From Euglena gracilis (taxonomy: Eukaryota), in NCBI GenBank assembly GCA_039621445.1, contig CP154954.1, positions 46,665,847 to 46,729,846 of the forward strand: a stretch of DNA of 64,000 nucleotides, given 5' to 3'. Below the pieces are notes generated by a model. That model searched no databases, had not been told where the DNA came from, and saw only the letters and a program-made list of their open reading frames with translations. The translations under genes were made by a program, and so were the position numbers. Below are positions 48,773 to 61,300 of the stretch, in pieces; positions within the stretch are counted from its first letter, which is position 1; each line of letters begins with the position of its first letter.

Positions 48773-51700
48773 CTTAGACGGCCGGGAATGCACTTTTCTT
48801 GTTGAGTCACAAAATTCTGGCAGTTTTAGTGAAAATGCGCATCCGTGCATTTCGGAAGCGGAGTGCACAGGTGCGCATTTTGAAGGGTTGTGTGTCTCTT
48901 CCAGACTAGGTGTGAACACCTCAAAAATGAGCTGTTTGGATTTAACACGACCACAGGGACCACCCCCTGGTATACTGTTTCAACTGCGTATCACGCTGTT
49001 TACCACTGCCTTCCGACGATTGCGGAACAGTGTGTGGCTGGACATACACTCGACAAACTCCGCACGACATGCGGAACACGGGCGACACAGGACAACCTGG
49101 ACCTGGGTGTGCCACCTTGTGTTCACCGATGTGTGCTGATGGCTCCCAGGGACAGGGCCTGGCGAACCCGGGATGAGCATAGGAAGGAACTCCTTGCAGC
49201 CAGAGAGGCACAGCCCTCCCAAGGTCAAAACATTGGGGGTGTCACTGAGTGCCAAGCCGAAGAATGCGCACCTGCGCATTTTTTGGAAACCTTACAGAAT
49301 GCGCAGGTGCGCATTTTGGAATGGACACAGGCTGTGGGAAGGCGGAATGCGCACACGCGCATTGATGTTGAAGGACACACTGGGTATGGCCTGTTGTTTG
49401 CCTACCTTGAATCCGAGTTGTGCACTGTGATGTGGTTTCGGGCTTGTAGAATATGGGTGTGTGAGGGGCAATTGAACCAGGAGAATCACCCTGGGCAACA
49501 ATGTCGCTGTACCAGACCACACCCTGGAACACAACACTTGCAGCGGCATGGAAAACCCTGGGCTCGGCGACGGCAAGTGTCAAGGCACGAATCCATGTCC
49601 TTCACTGACAGGGAAACTGCCCCCCCTGCAGGTCAAGTCACCGAACAAATCGGAATGCGCACCTACGCATTCGACTTGTGCCGCTGCAGTCCAGTGCCCA
49701 GCCCAGCCTACGCTGCTCTCATGAACGTGTGGAGCACGTCACAACGCACGTGCAACCGTCCCCCACCCGGCGGAGGTGATGGGCCGGTTGATGCCAGCGT
49801 TGTCCGACCCCACGCCCCAGGGCGTGCATAGCAGCACACAGCCAATGGTCACCCTGAACAACCTTACGTTGGGCTGCGGTGCACGGTGCAAGGAGCACTG
49901 TGCCCCACAATTAGGGTCAAAGCAGGGGGTTGTGTCTGGTTCCACACACAGTGCTCACGGGGTTGGCACCTCGAGAGCGAAACACGCCTATCACCACTTT
50001 CGGCATTATTCCCAAAAACGGCCTGTAAACACGGAATTAATTCACAATCCAAATGGATACAAAGAAGCGAACACCATTGGTCAGTCCTTGCCCCAAAATT
50101 TATCCAGGCCCTTGAGATTGTGAGACAGGCACAAGCACATCAGAACAAAAACTTGCCGATAAACCCAGTAATTTTTTTCGTTCTGCTTTTTCCGTGCATT
50201 CCATTGTGTCGTACCAAGGGAAAGCGGATGAGAAGGGACTTTGGTGCCCGAGGAAATTCCTCAGTGACGGGCACCCTAATTCCCAACTGCGGTCAGCAGT
50301 CTTACATGGCATGAGTAAAAAGCCAGTGAATGCGCACATGCGCAAAAAAGCGTCCTGTGACTTTCTGTAAATTACAGCCACACCGCCGAATATTTGCACT
50401 CCCAGGTGGGCATGCCACCACCCACGCCAACTCCCCCCGCCTGGCCTGGGTTTGAAACCACACGGCTGAGGTGTAGCCCCTGTGAGGATCGAATGGTGTC
50501 CGAGGTCGAGGCAGCCCTGGAGCGAAACACAGCAGGGGAGGATCCCCACCTGTGGCCTTGTTGGCAACAAACGTCACCCACCACACAGAACCCTCTTTGA
50601 TCATGTACTCAGAGTCGACGCTCCAGCACTGCAAAACTACACAACCCCTGGCCGCTGTGAAGACCAAGGAAAGCACATATGCACACACCTTCGCCACACA
50701 CCCCATCCGCAATGGCTGCAGTCAAACATGGCACATCAGGGTGAATGCGCACATGCGCATTCCCTTCTAGTGTCACCCCTTAAAGCACCCTGGTAGAAGG
50801 TTGCCACACAGGGCGATGCCCAACAACTCAGCACACAAGGTGAAGGCACAGCCAGGGAGACGTACACCCTGCTCTGGCGTCATCCACCTGTGCAACGAGA
50901 TGCCTCTGAAATCGTCAACAAAAAAGCCAGCAGTGCACCATGGGGGTTGCCCTGCCACAATGCTGTGCTGGCACTGGGTTCAGGAGTGCGAGACACAGCT
51001 CCCCACAACACAGAGAATGAGCACCTACGCACTCCCCCTCACGAAATGCGCAGGTGCGCACTCTTGTGGTTGCCCAGCACTGCTCCCCTCCTGCTCTCCT
51101 GCAGATAGAACCACAGCCAGCCAGCGAAGGAATGGCCTCAAGAGTGCGCACGTGCGCATTCTTGTGCCTGATGCAACCTCGGAGAGAAGTCATTTTACAT
51201 CGTTTGTGAGGGCTGCTCTGGAGAATGTAATCTGTGGCAGAAAGAGTTGAAGCGAGGCTCCGCTCCGTAGCTTTCAAAACCAGTGACACACAGGAAAGGC
51301 GTGCAAAGCCAGCCCCCTCCCCTCTATACCCAGCACCCCATCCCAAACCTCAGACCCAAGCACAAGTGGTCACCCATGGTGATGTGACGTAGTGCCTATG
51401 AGAAGGCACATGAGGAGCGGACGGCGTGCGCCACTGGAAGGATGCTGTGCCTGCATGTGTCACAGAGGGGTGCAGTGCACCGTGTGAAATGGCAAACAGC
51501 AGGTAGCCTGAGGAGGGTGACGAGCCCTCCCCAACACACATCTGGTGTGTATTTAAACACACCCACCCCGTCACTCTCTGAATGCAGAGTACACGCACAC
51601 AGCAAACATTCACCATCGCCCCCTCGTGCCCTGCTTCCAGCACAGGGCACAGAACCTCCCCTCCACTCTAACTGTAGAGACCACGGTACCCCCTTCCCAC

Positions 51701-52108
51701 AACCACTCCCGGGAGCCACAATAACTGTCCAAAACTTCAGGAAAAGGCCGAGACGGGGAGGGGGGTGAATGCATTCACTCGGCACCACAAAACAGGGGGG
51801 ACAGCCACAGGTACAACGCCTTCACCTGACGAGGGTTTGTCCTCGTGAAACAGCGTTTCGCGTCGCACTTACTTCGGCAGACGGGGGTTTTCCCCCGGTC
51901 AACGGAGGTGCTAAACCGTCATTTTCAAAACGAGGAAAAAACCCAGGGATCGAAGGTAGTGGTCCGTATTGCGTCCAGTATTGGTACCAGGGGTTTCACC
52001 TGACGGGTGCGCCGCCCCGTCAAGTGAAGGCGACACACTCGGTCACAAAAGAATGCGCAGGTGCGCAAAAAAAACCAAAAATGAAAAGTGCATTCCCGGC
52101 CGTCTAAG
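48773..52108. mobile_element. 3.3-kb DNA transposon-like element with perfect 26-bp TIRs and 5-bp TSD; no recognisable transposase
   Basis: TIR CTTAGACGGCCGGGAATGCACTTTTC (48773-48798 / 52083-52108); TSD ACTCT (48768-48772, 52109-52113). Confidence 0.9.
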
Positions 52109-52339
52109 ACTCTCCCCTGGGGGGACCCCCCGGGGGGGCTCGGCCAGACCCACACACCCTACCCTCCCCGGGGTCCAGGACTAAAAAATCCCCTGCCCCC
52201 AACCCATAAAATGCAATCCCCCCCTTCTGTTGAACCCTGGTTGGAGCAGGGAGTTGGCGCTTGTCCTACACTTGGACCGCACAGCACAGCAGAGTCACAA
52301 CACCCCCCCCCAGGTGTGGCGTGGCTCTGGCCGTGGGCA

Positions 52340-55300
52340 AAACCCAGGCGGTGGTACCAGTGGAACGGGCGCTTCATCTTCTTCGTGTTCTGGTCGGTCT
52401 CCCACGCCGGCGGCCGGGGCGGGGGCTGCACGGCATGCGGGGGCAGCCCCTTGATGGGGTGGGTCGGGTACAGCACCCAGTGCCTGCAGCGCCGCACAGG
52501 CCACGTCCGGTGAGCGAGCCCCCGATGAAACTATTTTTTCAGGCCGCAAAAAAAGAAATATGTTTGCCAATTTGCAAAAAATAAATTTGTTTGCAAATTC
52601 GCCCCCAAGAAGGATGCATCATCACCGACGACAACCACGTCCGCACGGCCCATCATTGACCTCCTGTCCCCTGGTGGGGCTGAGGCTGTTGCTGGACAGG
52701 GCATTTCCTTGCAAAGACGCCTCCAAGGGGTGCCCTGAAAAAATGGCTGATAAGCAGACAGAGCTTTGGAGGGCAACAAACAGAAGTCATCAATCCAAAC
52801 TGCTAATTCCAGCCGGATTTGGACAAGTCAGCGAGTACAGAGGTAGGAGAGAGACTCCTACAAATGCAGGTCAGTGGGTACAGAGAGACCCACTGACCTG
52901 TCCAGGAACAGGAGGAGGAAAATATCCCGGGTGGGTCCGGGTCAGAGGCTTTTGTTTTTGACAATCGACGTTTCACCCGGTGACAAAAAAAAACTGGGAA
53001 AGCAAAATGTTCACAAATTTGTAACCTGAAGCCTGAAAAAAATGTTTGGAATTTTGTTAACCTGGGAAATTGCCGTTTTCAAAAAAGAAAATTCGTAATT
53101 ATTTTTTAAAAAACCCTTGAGGAACAAGACAGTGGGTATAAGGGCAGAAGACAGATGAATACACGTGAACACGCGTTCAAATACAGAGGGTGGAGGACAG
53201 TTTCCCGGGGGGGGGGCGATTATTAGTAAAACTGCACTTGCATCTGAAAATGTATTTTTTCCTGTGACAAGGAGAAATTTTCAGAACAAAACATCACAAC
53301 TGAAAGGAAAAAAAAGGGCAACAAAAAGCAACAAAAGATGAATTTCTCATCCCAAATGCACATCAGCAGAATGTTTCTGAATTCCATTTTCTTCTTCATT
53401 GTTTGATATTTTGTCCACCTCATCCTGGTTCAAACCCCCTGCTCCACCCACAACATCCCAGCAGAGGTTTATCACCGCAACAGCTGAACAGCCGTCGGGG
53501 AGCGCTGGGCTCGACACTGGGGTCTTCCGATCGAGGACGGTCTTTGGCAGTCACCCACTGTCGGCTGGTCAAAGACAGAATGCTCACAACTTGGCCAGAA
53601 CCAATCCACCAAAGTGAACCTTTTGCAAATTCTTTTCTGCTCGCCTGCGGTTGCAGGGGAGGGGGTCTTCCTGGTGTTCATGGTGCGAGAATCTCGCACA
53701 ATTCATTCGCACTGTCTCGTTTGAAAAAGAGTTTACAGAAAAGCAAATTGGTGTGTGTGATCTCCTTTGATTGTTCCCCTTGCACCTGGAACTCGCTGGA
53801 AAATGTCACCTGACTGGTTGCCAATGCCAAAGGCCCTGAAAACTTCCTATGTCTTGGCCAGGGAGCCGTAAAATATTATTACTTATAATATTATATTACT
53901 GTTGGTAGGTTGGCAGGCGGGTAGGTGGGTGGGTGGGTGTGGGTAGGCAGGTGGGTGGGTAGGTAGGCAGGTAGGTAGGCGGGCTGGTAGGCAGGTAACC
54001 TTCAAATCCCCAACCCCAAGGGCTGAAAATTTCATTTGCTTTTGTGGAGACAACTTTTCCCAGGCCTTTTGGTGCTCCGCATCACGGAGGATGGGTCGGA
54101 GACGGCTGAAAATTTAGGTGTGTTTTCGAACAACTCCTGGCAGGGTGTGTGGGCAAGCCACCATATTAAGGATCTCTCCAATCCAGAGTCCAAGAATCCA
54201 CGCAAACCCAGTGAATTCGCTGATACAACTTCCCTGAACCCCGTCAGGGAAATTGTATTCACCTCAGCAACGCTCACCAACAACTGGCCTCTTTTGAAGT
54301 TGGCCTCCCCCTGTTCACCTGCAAGCTAAAGTGGTGGAAACTTTTCTTTCAGGTGGATTAAATCAAAGAAGACTGCTTTTTAAGACCCTGAGGGGTCCCC
54401 CACCCACCCAGCCCAGTGCAGGGCCCCAGGAGGGACTCTCAAAGTTGGGCATTCCCCCCCCAAAATTCTGGCGCTTTGCGCCAGAACGACAACAAAGCAT
54501 CTGGCCTGGGACCCAGGCATCTGCACGGGGGGGTCTTGCGAGTTAAAAAGAAGCTGGGGTGTGTCTAGTATCAGCAACCTTGTGCCTGCTGATCCGGGGG
54601 GGGGGGGGGGCTGTTGCACAGAGTTTTCAGTCATCAGATTGGGGGGTGTTGGACAAAATTTTCATGTCCTCCGATTGGGCGGGGGAATTGTTGGACAAGG
54701 CATTTTTCAAAGACCAAAAGATGAAGAAGCAGCCAAAATGATCCGACCAGGGTGGGGATATGTTCACTGGACATGGAGGGTGTCAAATATTCAAGTATTC
54801 ACTCTTAACTGACGCACCTTTGGTGAGGAGACCAATTTTCAAACAGAGGGAGACTGGTGACGATTTCTGGGATGGCTAGAATGAAATTGGACATGCGGTG
54901 GTAGCCCAAGAAGCGGAGGAATTTCTTCAAAGCGGGGCAAGCCTCCACAAGACTTCCACAATGGATGAAAGAAGGTTGGTGCAGAAACAATTTAAATAAT
55001 GAGGTTCCTTTAGAAACTTCCAGGAAATGTAACCCTTGTGAATTCCTTTTCCTAATCTGAGGTGTCGTTGTGACCATGCAATTGCTTAACGACCCCCGGG
55101 GGGGAGGGGAGTCACTCCACTTTTTTAAAAACCAGTCAGTCACTCATTTTCAAAAAACCAACCAGTCACTACCCCCCCATACATCTCTCTAAGGACCCCG
55201 GGGGGGGGTTGCTGGGCTAGGGCTAGAAATTTGGGCTGGCTAGAAATTTGGGCTGGCTAGCCCGCCCCCCCCCCCCCGGGGGGGGGGGGGGGGGGGCTGG

Positions 55301-58300
55301 ACCCCGGCTGGACCCGAACCGGGGCGAGCTGGACTGAAATCGGAAAAATGCCCAAAAATGACCTGCAGAACACAGTTTTGAAAAAATGATGCATCTGAAA
55401 CCCCCCAAAAATGCCCCAAACGCCCCCCAAACCCCATTTTTGGCCACTTTTGAACACAGTTTTTCAAAAAAATTTCGGCGCTTTGCGCCGAAAAATTTTG
55501 GGCTGGACCCCCAAAAAAGGGGCTGGCTCGCTGGGCCAGCCGCCCCCCCCCCGAGGGGGGGTGCTGCTGCCGCTGGGCTGCGCCCAAATCGGGGATGGCT
55601 GCAGCTGCCCCCCCCGGGGGGGGGGTTCGCAAAACCTTAGAGGGATGTATGCCCCCCCCGGGGGGGGGGGGTCGGCCACTCAGAAAAACGGCCACTTTCC
55701 AGTCACTTTAGGCCATTTTAGGCCCAAAAAAATTTTCCGGCGCCTTTGACGCCGGGGTCACTCAAGCCACCTTTGCCAACTCCTGGCCGACCCCGGAGGG
55801 GTCCGGGCCAAAAACCAGTCAGTCACTCTGAAAAAACCAGTCACCCCCCCCCCCCGGGGGGTCGGTCAGTGCTTAAGCAATTGCCTGGTTGTGACAGCTG
55901 TGGTGTTGTGCCCCTTTGCAGGGGGGGGGGAGAAATTGCACGTCGGGAGGTCGAAAATTGCAGTGCAAAAAAATGCACAAAATTGCACAAAATTGCACAA
56001 AATTGCACAAAATTGCACATACCAGAAAAGCCATACCAGAAATCAGAAAAGCTGCATATTCTGCCAATTTACCCTGTCGGTTCGCCCAAAAAGTTGCAAC
56101 ACAATCAGCCGTGGCAATATGCCATGGCAAGACTTACGCCATTCATCCTGAACTTGTTCATCATCCAGCGGAAGACACAACAATTCATACTTAGAAATTA
56201 CCAAGGCACAAAATACGAACCTGTTTGTAGAATGCCTATTGCTCCTTTGCCAATTGGCCGATTGGGTTTGGAAAAAAAAAAAAAAAAAAAAAAACAAAAA
56301 AAAAAAAAAAATCTGAGTAAACCAACAATAAACAGCCTTTGAACGGAAATTTTCAATTTTCAAATTTCCACTACGCACATCAGTTTCCCAGCAAAAAAAC
56401 TACCCCTGCTACCCATATATTGCAAAAACTGGCTCCTACACTAGTCAAGTGTGGGGGGGGGGGCAGGAGCCAGTTTTTGCAATACTTCCAGAAAAAAAAA
56501 CCGGTAAGTTCTCAATTGCATCAAAAACTGACATTTTCCAAAACAAAATGTCCTGGGCCATGTGCAATTAATTGCACAAAATTGCAAAAAAATTGCACAT
56601 TTCGGGAAAAATGTGCAATTGAAAATTGCACAAAATTGCAAAAATTGCACGGTGCAATTTTGCCCCCCCCTCTGCCCTTTGTCAGGTTGAGATTGACTGC
56701 AATAGGATGACAAATGTGCGTTCAGTGGGCAAAATTTTTGACCTTGTGGGGCAACATCCCATCCAGGAATGAAACTCTATGTGCCAAAATCACATGCAGA
56801 AGGAAATGCAATTATAAAACCATATATTACAATCAGATGGAAAAACTGTGACCCAGCAATGTAATGAAAAGCCCAACACTGTGACAAAGAACGACAGCCT
56901 TAAACTGTTGGCACATTTTGGTGTACGTTAATTTTTATCTGGGGCTAAAACATCCTTTACTTATAACCAACCACCTCCTGACCCCCCTTGCTCCAACCAG
57001 CTAAAAGACGACCTTCTACCCCCTCCCTTGGTGAAGAAAAAATAATATAAAGGTGTCCCAGAAAGTTTTTCACAAAGGTTTCTTTTTACCAAAGCATCAT
57101 GTCGTTTTTGACAAATTTTGTCAAAAATTTTTGTAGGTGGTATTTTGGGTCATGTTTTGGGATTGGATTTTGACCAACAACTCCTTGACCCCCCCACTGA
57201 CTACCACCCCCCCCCCCCTTCGGCCGACCAACCAAGCCAAATCACGCTTAAAAGTAGGGCTGGGGCTTATGTTCCGCTTCTGGCCGTTTGCATTTTTCTT
57301 TGGACCCCACCCCCTTGCTGCTTCGCTGCTGCATTTCCAATTCTTTCTCTGGTGAGGCTCTCTGATGAGGCCACTGTGCACTGTGCAATGGCCTTATCGA
57401 CTCACATTCCCTAATGTTGGTCCCCCCAAAAAAATCCCACCAGAAGAAATCACGGACTACAAGCCGAGGCAAACATGCCTCCTTGGCAAATTTTGAAAAC
57501 ACTTTCCAACATGACAGCCATACAGCCAAAAATGCCAACCACGTTGGTGTGACAATTCAGTGGGGGTTATCTGACATCATTTTAGACCAAACCTTATCAA
57601 AATTAAACCACACCATAATCCCAACTTTGAGCTGGTATTTTTTGGACCAACAAAAGGGTATAAGGTTAAATTTCCAGTGTAGTGTGCAAGTTCCTAACCC
57701 CCTCAAAAGAAAATAGAACACTAGGATAGAAATAAGACCCGGATCAACTGCAGGGGGACTCTTATTTTTGGAGGGGTCTTTGACCCTTTTCCTTGACCGA
57801 CCCAGGCTAGAAAACATCATTTTTCAGGTTGTAAAAAAACACTAAGCTTTTTTTCTTTTGGCACTTCATGCCATGTGTAAATTGGTGTAAATTGCCAGTT
57901 ACCATCTTCTTTTTGCACATCGAAAATACGAAGGTCTTTGAAAATGCACCATTTCCCCGTCTGAGGTTCTTGGTAATTTTTTCAGGTAAAAGATTTGCCG
58001 TCCCCGGCGCTTTGCGCCGTCAGGGGAGGTCTTCTTTGGGGGGTCATTTCATTTTTGAATTTTTGCTTGATTGGCCCAGGGGGTCTTATTTTGGGGGGGG
58101 GGTTATTTGGAGAGGGGTTGGTGCCATGTCAATGCTTGGTTGGGATTGTCAAAACCAGGCAACCGGTACAGCATGTACATCCTGAGGCCCATTTGATTGA
58201 TTTGGAGATACCTGAGAATGAGTGGATATCAATGACACCAATTCCACCTCAGGTGCACGTGGATAAAAGAAGCCCCCCAAAAGAGCCTGCAAGATCAACA

Positions 58301-61300
58301 CACAGGAAAGAAAAAACTCCAGCAGCAGGAAATCCCCTATGGACAACGATGGGCAACCTCCATCCTGCAACCGGGGGGGGGGGGGGGGGGTTGTTGGTCG
58401 GGGTTCTGACCAAAAAGGTGTCCTCCGACTGGGGGTCAGCTGTTAAACAAGGGTACATTTTCAGGCCAAATCATGTAGGAAGTCATCAGGTTCCCTGGTA
58501 CTGACGTATCGGGTTGTAGAGGTAGGTATTCTTTTTGCGGGTCCAGGAAACTTTCAGGGACCCCATACCAGGCAACCTGTCATTCTATGTACTTGATCTT
58601 TGACTCTTAAAACTCATGGGATGTGCCAAAAATGCAACTTGGGGGGCACATGTGGCGACGAGATCGAAATTGGGGTTGGCTACAGCGGCCCCCTCCCTGG
58701 GATGAGGGTCTGAAAAAACTCATAACCTCCTCCCCGATGGAAGCGTGGGGCTGCTACAAGCGCAGGGTCCAAATAACAGCACACCGTTGCCAAAGGCAAA
58801 GGTCCACTACAAGTGCACCTCCATCCCGATGGGATTTCTAAAAAACATCAACAAAAATCGTGCAGGTTTTTCCAAAAGATCCCCCCCGTAGGCGGTGGTC
58901 TACCTGCTCTAAGCGGGCACCCGTGTTTCTGTTGGGGGGTTTAGGGATGGATGTATGACACACACACACACACACACACACACAGAATACACAGAGAGAG
59001 AGGGGGGGGGGGGGGGAGAGATGGGCGGGACACACCGGTGCAGGAGGTCGCAGATGAAGATGAACTCCGCCTTGTGCATGTGTCGCCACAAGACGGCCAT
59101 CAACAGGGTCAGAGGGGGCTGAATGCCGCCCCGGGAGGTGGGCGGGGAGGGGAGGGTGGGGCGGGGCACCAAACCCTGTGCCATCCAGGGGGGGGGAGGT
59201 TCACACCCAACTGATGTGAGTCACGGGAGGGGTGGTCACGGGAGCTGCTGGTTGGACCGCGACCGGCCGCGGCCCAACCACTGCCGATTCTGAAACCCTG
59301 AAATTTGGTTTGGTTGGACCACAGCCACTCAACCACAACAGATCCAGCGACCCAAACCAGAACCGCATCGCACAATACCGTGATGAATTGGCCCCATGCG
59401 GGGTGCCAGTTACCCCAGGGCGACCATCCCCCATATTATTAGTTGAGCGGCACTCTTTGGGTTCGCTGAGTACCTTCTGGAAACAACTATAACGACGTTG
59501 AGCAGGAAAGGGTCAACGGTTTGCAAGAATCCTCACCAAACCGCTCTCCTTCACATAACCTCGCAAATTCTTTTTATGATCGCCCTTTGCAGTTTGGTTG
59601 GGGCCGCGGCTCGCTGCGGCCCCAACCAAAAAAACTTTTGGGTTGGGCCGCGGCCGGCTGTAGCCAAACCGCTTCCGATTTTCAAACCCTCAAATTTGGT
59701 TTGGTGGGCCGCGGCCAGCCTTCACCACCTACCCAGGGGGGGGGGGGCAAAAACTGCACACGGGCAGGTCAAAAACTGCACTGCAAAAAACTGCAAAAAA
59801 AAACTGCAAAAAACTGCAAAAAATGCATCAACAAAACAACTGCATCAACAAAAAATAACAATAAACAAGCTGAGCTGAAATAGTGTGCATATGCAAAACA
59901 ACGTAAATTGTAATCACAAGAGAACGCCCCAATTTCATCTAACTTTTGCACAGCTTTGGAGCTGATGACAATAAAAATGAAAGCAATCAATCAAGGTACA
60001 CTGTACATGGGTTTTCATGCACTGAAACACAAGTCATGTTTTGGTTTGGATGCTGGTTCACACTGGTTTTCCTGCACCAAAGCTTGTGACGGCCATGCCC
60101 ATGGAGGTGCCAAACAGCTAAATATGGAAAAAATGCACATACCCATATGTAGAAAGGTTCTATGTATGCTTTTAATTCTTGCATGGGATGTTCAGTTTTG
60201 GAACTTTCGGTCCATCACCTGGTGAACTTCACCCATGTCACGATGCAAAAAACCTACAAAACTAAAAAAAATCTACAACAACCATCACAAACTTTGAATA
60301 CTGTCTTTAGGGGATTGCCAAATGGTCTGGTAATTTCTTGCAAATAAGAATGACTTCTTTGAAGCATTTGGCTTGTGTGATATTTGGCCAAAATGCTTGG
60401 GACAAGCCCCAATCTTCTACAGGAGCTCGTGCTCCTTTGCGTCCCCACGAATCTCGCAAACTCCAACTTCAAACCAAAATTTGCACACAAAAAAAAACAG
60501 TTTTGAATTTGGTCCCCGGATCGCAAAATAATCAGTTGAATCTGCTCAGGAGTGCAAATGACAATTGCCAAAATAAGCATTGTGGCATCTGTCACCACAT
60601 GCACAAGTTGGAGATGGAGCGATTTTGGTTGGGGAGAAATTGTGGCGTTGTCACCGAAACAATCTGTTTTTTGGAATGGTGGCTACAACAATTTCTGTTG
60701 TGTCAAGAGGCAAGGCAGTTGGCAAAACAGTTGAGAGCAAGACAACTGGTGGGATCACTTGAGAAACACCCTTCAAACAATATAATCCAGCGTAACAAGG
60801 CGCACCTCAGGTTTCCTCAAAACTGAAATCAAAAAAAACTGCAAAAAACTGCACGCGTGCATTTTTTTTCCAGAAAAAAAGCTGCAAAAAACTGCAAAAC
60901 CCCCAAAATGTGAAAACTGCAAAAAACTGCAAAAACTGCACGGTGTATTTTGCCCCTCCCTGCCACCTACCTCTGTGAACCCGCCTCTCATGACCTCCTA
61001 ATTCACAACTCGCAAACACGCCAAAAATCCACTCTGGTTTTGGCATTCTGCTCCTCGTCAGTTGAATAGTGAAAAATGGAGAGGATGTCCAGGATGGCAT
61101 TCTCCCCAAATTCAGGGCGTTCTCACACTCTTTCCTCCCCTTTCCTGATTGGCCCGTTTTCCACGCTTGGGGCACGGCTGCCTGCCCTGCCCTGGCCGTT
61201 GCCAACGGCTGCCAACCGGGCCACCGCCGGCTGTCCCCCCTCAGGCCCTGGACAAGCCCGGCAGGGGCGGCAGGGGCGGCATGCGGAAGTTCTGCCACTT

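Noticed and set aside
48833-52070. Palindromic 20-mer as a CRISPR repeat; ORF 48890-49831 as a transposase
   Set aside because: Spacing ranges from ~30 to ~900 bp. No DDE or other recognisable motif is visible in the ORF.
53400-55000. Plus-strand exons nested antisense in the large intron (e.g. 54064-54117)
   Set aside because: Short AG/GT-bounded segments with weak codon signal and no recognisable product; insufficient support.
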